Source: an uncultured Methanosarcinales archaeon
Lineage (GTDB): Archaea; Nanobdellota; Nanobdellia; Woesearchaeales; WJKL01
Assembly (NCBI GenBank): GCA_964521755.1
Contig: CAZFSZ010000002.1
Coordinates: forward strand, 7,549 to 71,548
DNA length: 64,000 bases
Reading direction: 5' to 3'
In this document: positions 9,444 through 17,859 of the stretch, in pieces
Layout of the letters: each line of letters starts with the position of its first letter
How positions within the stretch are numbered: the first letter of the stretch is position 1
The notes under the pieces: model-generated
What the model saw: the letters and a program-made list of their open reading frames with translations, nothing else
Databases searched by the model: none
What the model was told of the DNA's origin: nothing
Made by a program: the position numbers and the translations under genes

Positions 9444-10310
9444 TTAAATATTTCCCAGATGAATGTTTTTTAATCCAGTCTTCTTTGCTGTTTTCTCAGC
9501 TTCAAACAGAATTTTTTTATCAGTTACTGAATAATCCTTCATCAGATAATTTGGAAAAAACCTGGAAAAATGAACTGGAATATCTCTTCCCAATTCAGTC
9601 TTTATCCAACTGCACATTTTTTTGATATCTTTCATGTTATCATTCAGTCCTGGAATTATTAGGTTGGTGATTTCAATCCAAACCTTTTCTTTCTTTAATG
9701 TTTTTAGTGTATCAAGAACAGGCTTGATCCATGCTCCAGTATATTTCTTGTAAAAATCATCAGAAAAAGACTTTAAGTCGATACTTGCTGCATCTATATA
9801 TTTGCACAATTCTTTCAACGGATTTTGGTTTATAAATCCGTTAGAGACGATCACATTTTTTAATCCTTCTTTCTTTGCCAGTTTTGCTGTATCCAATACA
9901 TATTCATAAAATACGGATGGCTCTGTATAAGTGTAAGATATGCTTTTGCATCCCTTAGCTTTAGTTTTTTCTACTGCTTTCTTGGGGCTTAATTCAACCC
10001 AAGGAACATCTTCAGGCATCGCCTGACTTATTTGCCAGTTCTGGCAAAATTTGCATTTTAGATTACAGCCGGCTGTTCCAATAGAAAATGTTCTTGTTCC
10101 AGGTAAAAAATGATATAATGGTTTTTTCTCGATAGGATCTGTATTTACAGCACAAGGCGCAGCATAGACCAAAGAAAATAATTTTCCATTTTTGTTTTCT
10201 CTGGCTCTGCAAAAACCCTGTTCACCATTTTTTACAACGCATTTTCTGGGGCATATCCAGCATTTTACTTTTTTGTTTTCCAGTTTTTTATAATACAAAG
10301 CTTCCTTCAT
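9444..10310 (-). CDS. AmmeMemoRadiSam-system-type radical SAM enzyme (AmrS/PflA-like)
   Basis: CNLKCKFCQNWQIS (Cx3Cx2C), upstream CWICPRKC...GFC and AVNTDPIEKKPLYHFLPG; the whole pattern matches this family as I recall it. Confidence 0.7.
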   Translation of the reverse strand: MKEALYYKKLENKKVKCWICPRKCVVKNGEQGFCRARENKNGKLFSLVYAAPCAVNTDPIEKKPLYHFLPGTRTFSIGTAGCNLKCKFCQNWQISQAMPEDVPWVELSPKKAVEKTKAKGCKSISYTYTEPSVFYEYVLDTAKLAKKEGLKNVIVSNGFINQNPLKELCKYIDAASIDLKSFSDDFYKKYTGAWIKPVLDTLKTLKKEKVWIEITNLIIPGLNDNMKDIKKMCSWIKTELGRDIPVHFSRFFPNYLMKDYSVTDKKILFEAEKTAKKTGLKNIHLGNI

Positions 10311-10432
10311 ATTAAATAAAAACTATTAAAACAATAAAAATATTTCCTGTTTTTGTCACTATTTGATAATACTAATAAAAGTTTAAATAAAGTGTAACTT
10401 CTTAAAGTATTTATTGGGGAGGTGTAATTTTT

Positions 10433-10912
10433 ATGGGATTTACTGATTTGTTTAAAAAAAAGAGGGAACTAGAACCGCTTGGAAAGAAAAAAATAGAGGT
10501 ACCGGCTGCGCCGCCTTCAAAAAAAGAGATGCCTGAATTTCCTACTCCTAAAGAAATTCCTGAATTTAGAAAAGAAAGCGCAAAAATTGAAAAGCCGTTG
10601 TCTAAAAAAGAATATTCTTCTATTAAAAAGATAGAAAGAAATGCAGTTAGATCACAAAAGAAAGAACTGGAAGAAAGAGAAGATCTAAAACTCAAAAAAC
10701 CCATCTTTGTATATCTTGATTCTTACAAAGAAATAATGAAAGAGGTTAATCAGATTAACAACACCCTAAAAGAAGGGGATGACAGCCTAAAGAGGGTTTC
10801 TGAATTCAAAGAAGATGAAGATGAAGAATTCAAAAGATGGGAATCTCAGATAAAAGACATTCAAAAAAAGTTAATTTATGCTGACAAGACATTATTTGCA
10901 GCTCAAAAATAA
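10433..10912 (+). CDS. charged coiled-coil protein, paralog 1 of a tandem trio (unknown function)
   Basis: C-terminal domain IFVYLDSYKEIMKEVNQINN...WESQIKDIQKKLIYADKTLF is homologous to the next gene. Confidence 0.6.
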   Translation: MGFTDLFKKKRELEPLGKKKIEVPAAPPSKKEMPEFPTPKEIPEFRKESAKIEKPLSKKEYSSIKKIERNAVRSQKKELEEREDLKLKKPIFVYLDSYKEIMKEVNQINNTLKEGDDSLKRVSEFKEDEDEEFKRWESQIKDIQKKLIYADKTLFAAQK

Positions 10913-10927
10913 AGAAGGTGATAAAAT

Positions 10928-11158
10928 ATGGATGAAGAAATGCCTGTATATGTAAAGATTGATGAATACAAAGATGTTCTAGATATTATGAATATGATTC
11001 GGAATAAAATAGAAGATGCTAAAGAAACATTAGCTAAAATCAATGAATTAAAAAATGAAGAAGATGCAGAGCTTGAACTTTGGCACACTGGATTGGAAGA
11101 GATAGAAAGAAAAGTGGTATTTGTAGATAAAACATTATTTGAACCTACTGCTATTTAA
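10928..11158 (+). CDS. small coiled-coil protein, paralog 2 (unknown function)
   Basis: VYVKIDEYKDVLDIMNMIRNKIED...WHTGLEEIERKVVFVDKTLF shares the YV..D.YK...W....I..K...DKTLF pattern with paralog 1. Confidence 0.6.
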   Translation: MDEEMPVYVKIDEYKDVLDIMNMIRNKIEDAKETLAKINELKNEEDAELELWHTGLEEIERKVVFVDKTLFEPTAI

Positions 11159-11171
11159 GGGGTAATATCAA

Positions 11172-11594
11172 ATGGCAAAAAAGAAAAGCAAGAAAAATAG
11201 CAAAGAAGAAGAGGAAGTTTTCTATGTAGGTATGAAAGACCCTATAGAGATAAGAAGATCTATCTTAGAATCTTCCAAAGAGATGCTTCAATACCTTCAA
11301 AGATTTGAGAAATTCAAAAAAGTAAGAAAAGAAAAAAAAGAAGAGATTTCTCAATTAGAGGAAACTATGAAGGAGATACAGTCTCTTGTAAGAAAACTCA
11401 AAAAAGAGCTGCCAAAGACAGGGTTAAGAGCTGCTGGTAAAAAGAAAAAAACAAAGAAGAAGAAAGGCAAGAAAAAAAAGATTAAAAAAGAAGCCCCTAA
11501 ACCTGAGGTAAAAAAGCCGGAAGAGATGACTGAGCTTGAAAGACTTGAAGCAGAGCTTAACGAGATTGAAGGAAGGCTTACAAGCTTAACTTAG
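11172..11594 (+). CDS. charged coiled-coil protein, paralog 3 (more divergent; poly-Lys linker)
   Basis: FYVGMKDPIEIRRSILESSKEML...coiled coil; a K-rich linker; weak similarity to the two neighbours. Confidence 0.5.
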   Translation: MAKKKSKKNSKEEEEVFYVGMKDPIEIRRSILESSKEMLQYLQRFEKFKKVRKEKKEEISQLEETMKEIQSLVRKLKKELPKTGLRAAGKKKKTKKKKGKKKKIKKEAPKPEVKKPEEMTELERLEAELNEIEGRLTSLT

Positions 11595-11653
11595 TTCTTT
11601 ATTATTTTTATTTTATTAATTCTTGAAAGCTAAATAAAGATTTTCCCAAAAGT

Positions 11654-11663
11654 TTTTAAATAT
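11654..11663 (+). promoter_or_regulatory. TATA box (TTTTTAAATA) ~25-30 nt upstream of the tRNA gene
   Basis: A/T TATA-like element at the expected spacing from the tRNA 5' end (11687). Confidence 0.35.
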
Positions 11664-11686
11664 CTATCTTATTCTTTTAAGATTAC

Positions 11687-11846
11687 GCGGAGGTGCCGGA
11701 GTGGCCAAATTAGCCAAAAGCTAAGGCTTAACGGGGCAGACTCAAGGCATTTGAGTGTTGAGTGCTCATCTGAGTGCGATGAAAAGACCATTTGTAAGTC
11801 ATCTGCTGGCTTAGTGCCTACAGGGGTTCGAATCCTCTCCTCCGCA
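11687..11846 (+). tRNA. tRNA-Leu(CAA) candidate with two introns (D-loop intron ~11710-11731; canonical 37/38 intron ~11748-11801); CCA not encoded
   Basis: Acceptor GCGGAGG/CCUCCGC plus discriminator A. T-arm AGGGG-UUCGAAU-CCUCU. Class II variable arm UGGCUUAGUGCCUAC. D-arm CCG-GAGUGGCCAAA-CGG once a 22-nt hairpin insert (UUAGC-CAAAA-GCUAA..) is removed. Anticodon stem GCAGA/UCUGC is split by a ~54-nt insert right after the loop CUCAAGG. Mature length would be ~84 nt. Confidence 0.6.
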
Positions 11847-11961
11847 TCTAAATTAAAACAGATAGGGGCGTTCGTGTGATTTTATATCACACAAAACTCA
11901 CCACAAGATGATAAGGATAAAATCCTTGTGTGGGAATCCTCTCCCCTGCATTTTTTACAAT

Positions 11962-12432
11962 ATGAACAATGCAACTCTATGCCTGATAATAGACGAAAAG
12001 TCCAAAAAGATACTTCTGGGAATGAAAAAACGCGGTTTTGGAAAAGTCAAGTGGAATGGTTTTGGAAGAAAGCCTGAAAAAGGGGAAGATATTCATGATG
12101 CTGCAGTCAGAGAAACAAAAGAAGAGGCAGAATTAGATATATCAAGAAAAGATATAAAAAAGATAGGAAAACTAAACTTTAATTTTTCAGCCAAACCTGG
12201 ATGGTATCAAACTGTACATCTATTCATGGCAAAAACATGGCAGGGCTCTCCCAAAGAAAGCGAGGAGATGAAACCTAAATGGTTTGAATTCAAAAAAATC
12301 CCATTTGAAAAAATGTAGGAAGATAACAAACATTGGCTGCTTCTTGTATTAAAAGGAAAGAGCATCAAAGGAAATTTCATTTTTGAAAAAGATAACAAGT
12401 CTATCAAAACACATTCTATAAAAGAAATTTGA
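11962..12432 (+). pseudogene. 7,8-dihydro-8-oxoguanine triphosphatase (MTH1/NUDT1-like Nudix hydrolase) interrupted by in-frame TAG at 12316-12318
   Basis: LLGMKKRGFGKVKWNGFGRKPEKGEDIHDAAVRETKEEAELDI matches the MTH1 core and Nudix box. After IPFEKM the frame hits TAG, then continues in frame as EDNKHWLLLVLKGKSIKGNFIFEKDNKSI, matching MTH1 ...[30 protein letters not shown]. The stop therefore sits at a conserved Trp (TGG to TAG). A readthrough gene or a sequencing error are also possible. Confidence 0.55.
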
Positions 12433-12479
12433 TATATTATTCACAAAAATTTATATACTATTTGCTTAATCTAAAGACT

Positions 12480-13811
12480 ATGTCAATAGAAATAACTACT
12501 GTGGGTGGCTATAATGAAGTAGGAAAGAACTGCACTGCAATAAAAGTGGATGATGCTGCTGTAATATGTGATATGGGTGTTTTTCTGGAAAATTACATCA
12601 AATTGACCGAGGATGAAGATATTATCAATATTTCTACATCTAAATTGATGAAAGCAGGAGCTGTTCCAGATATATCTGCAATAGAAGACTGGAAAAAATA
12701 TGTTAAAGCTATCATCCCCAGCCACGCTCATCTTGACCATGTTGGAGCTATTCCTTTCCTGGCAAAAAAATTCAAAAAAGCAGAATTACTTGCGACCCCT
12801 TACACTACAGAAGTTATCAAAGCTATTCTTAAAGATGAAAAGATGTCTATTCCTAACAAGATTAAAACTCTTAGCCCCAATTCTGTTTATCAGATAAAAA
12901 AGGGCGTCAAAGTAGAGTTTATAAATATGACACACTCCACTGCCCAGGCTGCAATGCTTGCTGTTCATACAAAAAAAGGAATAATACTCTATGCAAATGA
13001 TTTCAAATTTGATTCTACCCCTACTATGGGTAAAAAGCCCAATTTCAATATCCTAAAAAAAATAGGGAAAAAAGGTATTCTTGCATTGATTGTTGATTCT
13101 ACTTATGCAGCAAAAAAAACAAAGACCCCATCTGAAGCAGTTGCCAAAGAAATGTTGAAGGAAGTCATGCTTGGAACAGAATCAAAAGGAAAAGCAGTGG
13201 TTGTAACTACTTTCTCATCTCACTTGGCCAGATTAAAATCAATAATTGAATTTGGGAAAAAAATGAATAGAAAAATCCTTCTCATTGGGAGGTCTCTTGC
13301 AAAATATGTAAAAGCAGGGGAAAATGTAAATATAATAAATTTTTCCAAAGATATTAAGATATTGAAATACAGGAAACAGATAGAGAAAGAGTTAAGAAAA
13401 GTAAACAAAAACAGAGGAAAATATCTACTGATTGTAACAGGTCACCAGGGAGAACCAAAAGCAGTCCTTTCAAGAATCGCCAAAAAAGAGTTTCCTTTCC
13501 ATCTCAAAAAAGGAGACCAGGTTATATTTTCTTCTTCAGTAATCCCAACAAAAATCAACCAGGAAAACAGGGAAAAATTGGAGAACTTTATCAAAAAACA
13601 GAAGGCAAGAATATTCAGGGATGTCCATGTTTCTGGCCATGCTGCCAGAGAAGATTTAAGAGATTTAATAAATATGGTCAATCCAAAGCATATAATCCCT
13701 GCCCACGGAAACCAAGAAATGAGAAAAGCCTTGTTTGATTTGGCAATAGAAATGGACTATAAAAAAAATAACATTCACCTTTCTAAAAATGGCAATAGAA
13801 TAACAATCTAA
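12480..13811 (+). CDS. rnj: ribonuclease J (archaeal beta-CASP metallo-beta-lactamase RNase)
   Basis: HAHLDHVGAIP (HxHxDH) and beta-CASP region, ~445 aa; the likely start is MSIEITTVGG at 12480. Confidence 0.75.
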   Translation: MSIEITTVGGYNEVGKNCTAIKVDDAAVICDMGVFLENYIKLTEDEDIINISTSKLMKAGAVPDISAIEDWKKYVKAIIPSHAHLDHVGAIPFLAKKFKKAELLATPYTTEVIKAILKDEKMSIPNKIKTLSPNSVYQIKKGVKVEFINMTHSTAQAAMLAVHTKKGIILYANDFKFDSTPTMGKKPNFNILKKIGKKGILALIVDSTYAAKKTKTPSEAVAKEMLKEVMLGTESKGKAVVVTTFSSHLARLKSIIEFGKKMNRKILLIGRSLAKYVKAGENVNIINFSKDIKILKYRKQIEKELRKVNKNRGKYLLIVTGHQGEPKAVLSRIAKKEFPFHLKKGDQVIFSSSVIPTKINQENREKLENFIKKQKARIFRDVHVSGHAAREDLRDLINMVNPKHIIPAHGNQEMRKALFDLAIEMDYKKNNIHLSKNGNRITI

Positions 13812-13903
13812 TGGATTAAGATAAACTTAAAACCAAAAACAATATAAATAAGTGCTCTTTTATACTACTATAAAATACTTACAAATAAGGGGGAGAATTT
13901 AAA

Positions 13904-14647
13904 ATGAAATTAAGTTTAGCAGAACCTAAATATTTTAAAGACAGCGTAACCATAATATCTGATTTGGTCAATGAGGCAAGATTCAAGATAACTCCAGATG
14001 CAGTGGAACTGGTAGCTATGGATCCTGCAAATGTAGCCATGGTTATATTTAAGCTTCTTTCATCTTCATTTACAAAATATGATGTTAAAAAAGAACAGGA
14101 AATAGCTATTAACCTTGGAAATCTGAAGCAAATCCTGAGAAGAGCAAAACCTGATGATATGCTTAACATAGAGCTTCAGGATAACAAACTTAAGATTCAG
14201 CTTAAAGGAACATCAACAAGAACATTTTCACTTCCAATTATAGAGTTAGATGAAAAAGAGCAAAAAGTTCCGGATCTTGAATTTCCTCTTGAAATTAAAA
14301 CAACATCATCTATACTAAGCGACGCTATTGAAGATGTTGATATTGTAGCTGATTCAGTTTCATTGATGGCTGAACCAAAAAAATTAACTGTTCAAGCAGA
14401 AGGAGACTTATCTAAAGCCCACATTGAAATACCTGAAGGGGACGAAACCAAAATAAAAACAGAGGGCTCCAGTTCAATCAAATCTAAATATTCAATTGAA
14501 TATCTTAAAAAGATGGTTGCTGGATCAAAACTTGCAGACAATGTAACTCTTAGGTTCAACAAAGACTATCCATTAAAAGTTGAATTTAAAGAGGTTGATA
14601 AGGTGCTTCTGTCTTTTGTACTTGCCCCAAGAGTGGAAAACGACTGA
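13904..14647 (+). CDS. pcn: DNA polymerase sliding clamp PCNA
   Basis: 247 aa with the two-domain PCNA pattern: AVELVAMDPANVAMVIFKL, SLMAEPKKLTVQAEGDL, KVEFKEVDKVLLSFVLAPRVEN. Confidence 0.85.
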   Translation: MKLSLAEPKYFKDSVTIISDLVNEARFKITPDAVELVAMDPANVAMVIFKLLSSSFTKYDVKKEQEIAINLGNLKQILRRAKPDDMLNIELQDNKLKIQLKGTSTRTFSLPIIELDEKEQKVPDLEFPLEIKTTSSILSDAIEDVDIVADSVSLMAEPKKLTVQAEGDLSKAHIEIPEGDETKIKTEGSSSIKSKYSIEYLKKMVAGSKLADNVTLRFNKDYPLKVEFKEVDKVLLSFVLAPRVEND

Positions 14648-14665
14648 TTTTTTTGGAATATTAAA

Positions 14666-15373
14666 ATGGCCAAAAAAGAAACACAACTAGGATTAAACGG
14701 GAAAAAAGCAAAAAAGCCAAAAGAAATAACTATTAAACTAAATACTGCTCATCTAAAAACTGCAGCCCATATTCTTATAATTTTTATATTATTATCAATC
14801 ATATTTGCCCAGCAGATTGGATGGATACCCACAAAAGATTATGTTGGCTTAGCAACATCTTATCTCAATAATAACAGCCGGGAAGAAAAGATAGTAAATG
14901 CCAAAAAAACACCTGGTGTAACCATTATCAAGCCTAATGGCAGTGAAACTTCTAATTCAAACAATAACAGCTCTTCAGAAAATCAAACAGCATCAAAAAA
15001 TAATAATAACACAGAACAAAAAAAAGATGAATTGCTTCCGATAACAGGAGAAATAATATTCACTATAGACAAAATAAATATAGATCCAAAAGAAAATATA
15101 GAAGACTATTCTAAGATCACTTCAGTAAAATTCACTATAAAAAACCAGGATGAAGATCTAGACGATCCCAAGATTATTGGTTACCTCACCATGTATGGGG
15201 AAGATGATGAAAAAACAGTTGACTTAAACAAAATAGAAGCCGGACACCAGATAACTGAAACTGAAACAAATCTTATATTTGGATATAATAAAATAGACGA
15301 AGAACATATATTAAATCTGGAATTATATAATGACAAAAAGCTTGTAAAAAAAGTATCAAAAAAATTTAATTAG
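14666..15373 (+). CDS. membrane-anchored extracellular protein (N-terminal TM, Asn/Ser-rich linker), unknown function
   Basis: One TM (HILIIFILLSIIFAQQIGWI), then a low-complexity NNSSSENQTASKNNNN stretch and a ~120-aa domain. Confidence 0.4.
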   Translation: MAKKETQLGLNGKKAKKPKEITIKLNTAHLKTAAHILIIFILLSIIFAQQIGWIPTKDYVGLATSYLNNNSREEKIVNAKKTPGVTIIKPNGSETSNSNNNSSSENQTASKNNNNTEQKKDELLPITGEIIFTIDKINIDPKENIEDYSKITSVKFTIKNQDEDLDDPKIIGYLTMYGEDDEKTVDLNKIEAGHQITETETNLIFGYNKIDEEHILNLELYNDKKLVKKVSKKFN

Positions 15374-15482
15374 GAATTTCTAATTCAGAAAAATCACTAA
15401 GATTATTTTCATAATCTAGATTATATTTAAACATAAAATAATTAGTCATTACCAAATCTTTATACATCTGTTTGTATTTCAT

Positions 15483-15788
15483 TTATTCGCTGGAATTTTC
15501 TTCTTCATCTCCGCCTGATTCTTCAGCAGAATAAGATGGCACAGCTGTTTTACTTATGATTAAGATATCCCCTATTGCTTTAACTAATTGGTGTGGAACA
15601 ATAACTCCTTTTGCGCTTCCTAAAACTTTGTTTAAAAATGAACCTTTTGTAGCCTTTACTTTCCACCCAAATACCTTTGTTGCAGTCATGATGCTTTCTT
15701 CAATATCTCCAAAATAATCCCCTGTATCTGTAAATACCTTCATATCATATGTTTCAGAAACTTTTTTCATTTTAAGCATATAAATCAC
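15483..15788 (-). CDS. PRC-barrel-like domain protein
   Basis: ~95 aa with ...DMKVFTDTGDYFGDIEESIM...GVIVPHQLVKAIGDILIISK, resembling PRC-barrel proteins and loosely similar to the 54041-54304 ORF. Confidence 0.4.
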   Translation of the reverse strand: MIYMLKMKKVSETYDMKVFTDTGDYFGDIEESIMTATKVFGWKVKATKGSFLNKVLGSAKGVIVPHQLVKAIGDILIISKTAVPSYSAEESGGDEEENSSE

Positions 15789-15852
15789 CTGTAATTTTAT
15801 TTTCTTATTAAAACCACCTTAATTTATATATTTTTCTATTTTACTATCTGAT

Positions 15853-16581
15853 ATGAAACACAAAAATCTGATATTGATAGGTACATCACATATTGCAAAA
15901 GAAAGCCTTGAAGAAGTTACAAAAACAGTAGAAAAAGAAAAGCCTGATATACTCGCGTTAGAACTGGATAAAAAGAGATTCTATGCGCTGACCCACCAGA
16001 CAAAAAGAAAACTGAAATTAAAAGACATCAAAAGAATAGGTTTCAAGGGTTTTCTTTTCAATATAATAGGGGCATGGGTTGAAAAAAAGCTGGGGAAGAT
16101 TGTGGGAGTTGAACCCGGCTCTGAGATGATAACTGCTATAGGGCTTGCAAAAAAGCACAATATCAAGATAGCATTGATTGACCAGGATATCGAATTGACA
16201 TTAAGAAGGGTATCAAACGCTTTTTCCTGGAAGGAAAAATTCAATTTCCTTGTTGATATAATCAAAGGAACCTTTTTTAAAAAAACCCAGATGAAGAAGA
16301 TGGGGATAAAAAAACTAGATCTTTCAAAAGTTCCTCCAAAAAAACTTATCAAAAAACTTACAAAAATAATGAAAAAAAGGTATCCTGGCTTGTACCTTGT
16401 TTTAGTAGAGGAAAGAAATAAAGTTATGGCTGCAAACCTTAAAAGAATAATCCAGGAAAATCCCAAAAAAAAGATAGTTGCGGTTGTAGGTGCCGGACAT
16501 CAGGAAGAGCTCATGGAATTGATAAAAAGAGATTCTGAAATAACCTACTCATTTGAAATAAGAAATATTTATAAACAATAA
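15853..16581 (+). CDS. TraB/PrgY (GumN) family protein
   Basis: The N-terminal ILIGTSHIAKESLEEV...PDILALEL motif is typical of the TraB family. Confidence 0.65.
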   Translation: MKHKNLILIGTSHIAKESLEEVTKTVEKEKPDILALELDKKRFYALTHQTKRKLKLKDIKRIGFKGFLFNIIGAWVEKKLGKIVGVEPGSEMITAIGLAKKHNIKIALIDQDIELTLRRVSNAFSWKEKFNFLVDIIKGTFFKKTQMKKMGIKKLDLSKVPPKKLIKKLTKIMKKRYPGLYLVLVEERNKVMAANLKRIIQENPKKKIVAVVGAGHQEELMELIKRDSEITYSFEIRNIYKQ

Positions 16582-16597
16582 ATACACTGTTTAAAAA

Positions 16598-17320
16598 ATG
16601 GCAGAATTATTTGAAAGGATTAAGACATATCTTTCATTCAGCAAAGATGAAATTTTGACTCTTTTGATATCTTCTATAATCATTGGTTTTGTATTTGCAT
16701 TTAGACAGTGGAATGTATCAAATCTTTTTGTTTCTATTCTTATTGTAGTCCTGAGTTTTCTGTTTCACATAACTGCTCAAAAGATAATTGCACTTCATTA
16801 CGGCTACAAGGTAGTGTATAAAATATGGTGGCCAGGCCATATAATCCCATTGATTTTGGTTTTTGTTACAAACGGCAGAGCTTGGTGGCTTATCATTCCT
16901 GGAGGAATCTCGTTTTCTTTGCTTGCAGGACTCCGCCTTGGAAGGTTTAGATACGGATTAAATTATGGAACTATGGGTATTGTCAGTTTAATGGGTCCGG
17001 TTGCATCAATAATCCTCGCGACAATCTTTAAGCAGATAGATGTCTGGTTCTTTGCTGGATCTTCTATGGTTTTCAACAGCATATTTATCTTTAACCTTGC
17101 TTATGCTGTAAGCCAGTTATTGCCTATACCTCCATTAGACGGCCATTATCTGTTTTATGCTTCAAGACTTACCTATATATTTATATTTGGAACCATATTT
17201 ACATATACTGTATTGTCGCTTTTATTCACATTATATTCGTGGATATTTGCCTTGCTTGCAGGCGGACTTGCATGGCTGATATTCTACATAACATTTGAAA
17301 GAACAGCGTGGTATGGATAA
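16598..17320 (+). CDS. polytopic membrane protein, site-2-protease (M50)-like with LDG motif but no canonical HExxH
   Basis: NLAYAVSQLLPIPPLDGHYLFY resembles the M50 NxxPxxxLDG motif. The expected HExxH position reads LFHITAQKIIALHYG. Confidence 0.35.
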   Translation: MAELFERIKTYLSFSKDEILTLLISSIIIGFVFAFRQWNVSNLFVSILIVVLSFLFHITAQKIIALHYGYKVVYKIWWPGHIIPLILVFVTNGRAWWLIIPGGISFSLLAGLRLGRFRYGLNYGTMGIVSLMGPVASIILATIFKQIDVWFFAGSSMVFNSIFIFNLAYAVSQLLPIPPLDGHYLFYASRLTYIFIFGTIFTYTVLSLLFTLYSWIFALLAGGLAWLIFYITFERTAWYG

Positions 17321-17646
17321 TGACATCTGGAGAAACTGTTTGGAAAAATTGGCCGGAAATTCTGGCTCTAGGTCTTTTGATTATGGGATTCTTCTTGGCC
17401 ATATCCATGGACAATCCTTTTTTTACCTATTTTGTTGTTTTTCTGGCAGGGATACTTGCTGGAAGATACTATTTTAATAAAATAGGAAAACAGCCTTTGT
17501 TTCCCTTCTTCCTAATAATAATTGGATTTCTTGTTGGATATGTGCTTGGCTCTTTTTCTGCCAGCAGAAAAATTGTGGTTGTCTTGTTCATAATTGGTTG
17601 GATAACAAGCCACTATGTGCACAAAAAAGGCTATATTCCTTATTAA
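17308..17646 (+). CDS. small membrane protein (3 TM), unknown function
   Basis: Hydrophobic 112-aa ORF overlapping the end of the upstream membrane-protein gene. Confidence 0.35.
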   Translation: MVWIMTSGETVWKNWPEILALGLLIMGFFLAISMDNPFFTYFVVFLAGILAGRYYFNKIGKQPLFPFFLIIIGFLVGYVLGSFSASRKIVVVLFIIGWITSHYVHKKGYIPY

Positions 17647-17691
17647 AACTCAAAAAATATATTAACTTGAACTTCTTTCTTGCTTTTAGGG

Positions 17692-17859
17692 ATGGTTACA
17701 AAAGAAGAATTTGGACATTTTATTGCAGAAGTCGAGTCATTCAGAGATATGGCTATGGAAGAAATTGGAAACCTAAAAACAGAGATAGAAAAGATAAAAG
17801 AAGATCTTGATGAAGTGATAAGACAGACTAAAGTTGATGTTAACAAAAAGATAGGCTAA
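17692..17859 (+). CDS. small coiled-coil protein (55 aa), unknown function
   Basis: ATG at 17692 and TAA at 17857-17859 give MVTKEEFGHFIAEVESFRDMAMEEIGNLKTEIEKIKEDLDEVIRQTKVDVNKKIG. Below the ORF-track cutoff; fills an otherwise empty intergenic gap. Confidence 0.3.
   Translation: MVTKEEFGHFIAEVESFRDMAMEEIGNLKTEIEKIKEDLDEVIRQTKVDVNKKIG

Noticed and set aside
10411-10704. 97-aa minus-strand ORF
   Set aside because: Antisense to paralog 1 of the coiled-coil trio and Ser/Phe-rich low complexity.
12429-12479. First 17 codons of the RNase J ORF (MIYYSQKFIYYLLNLKT)
   Set aside because: They overlap the conserved C-terminal extension of the Nudix gene. The RNase J homology starts at MSIEITTVGG, so the upstream ATG is probably not the start.
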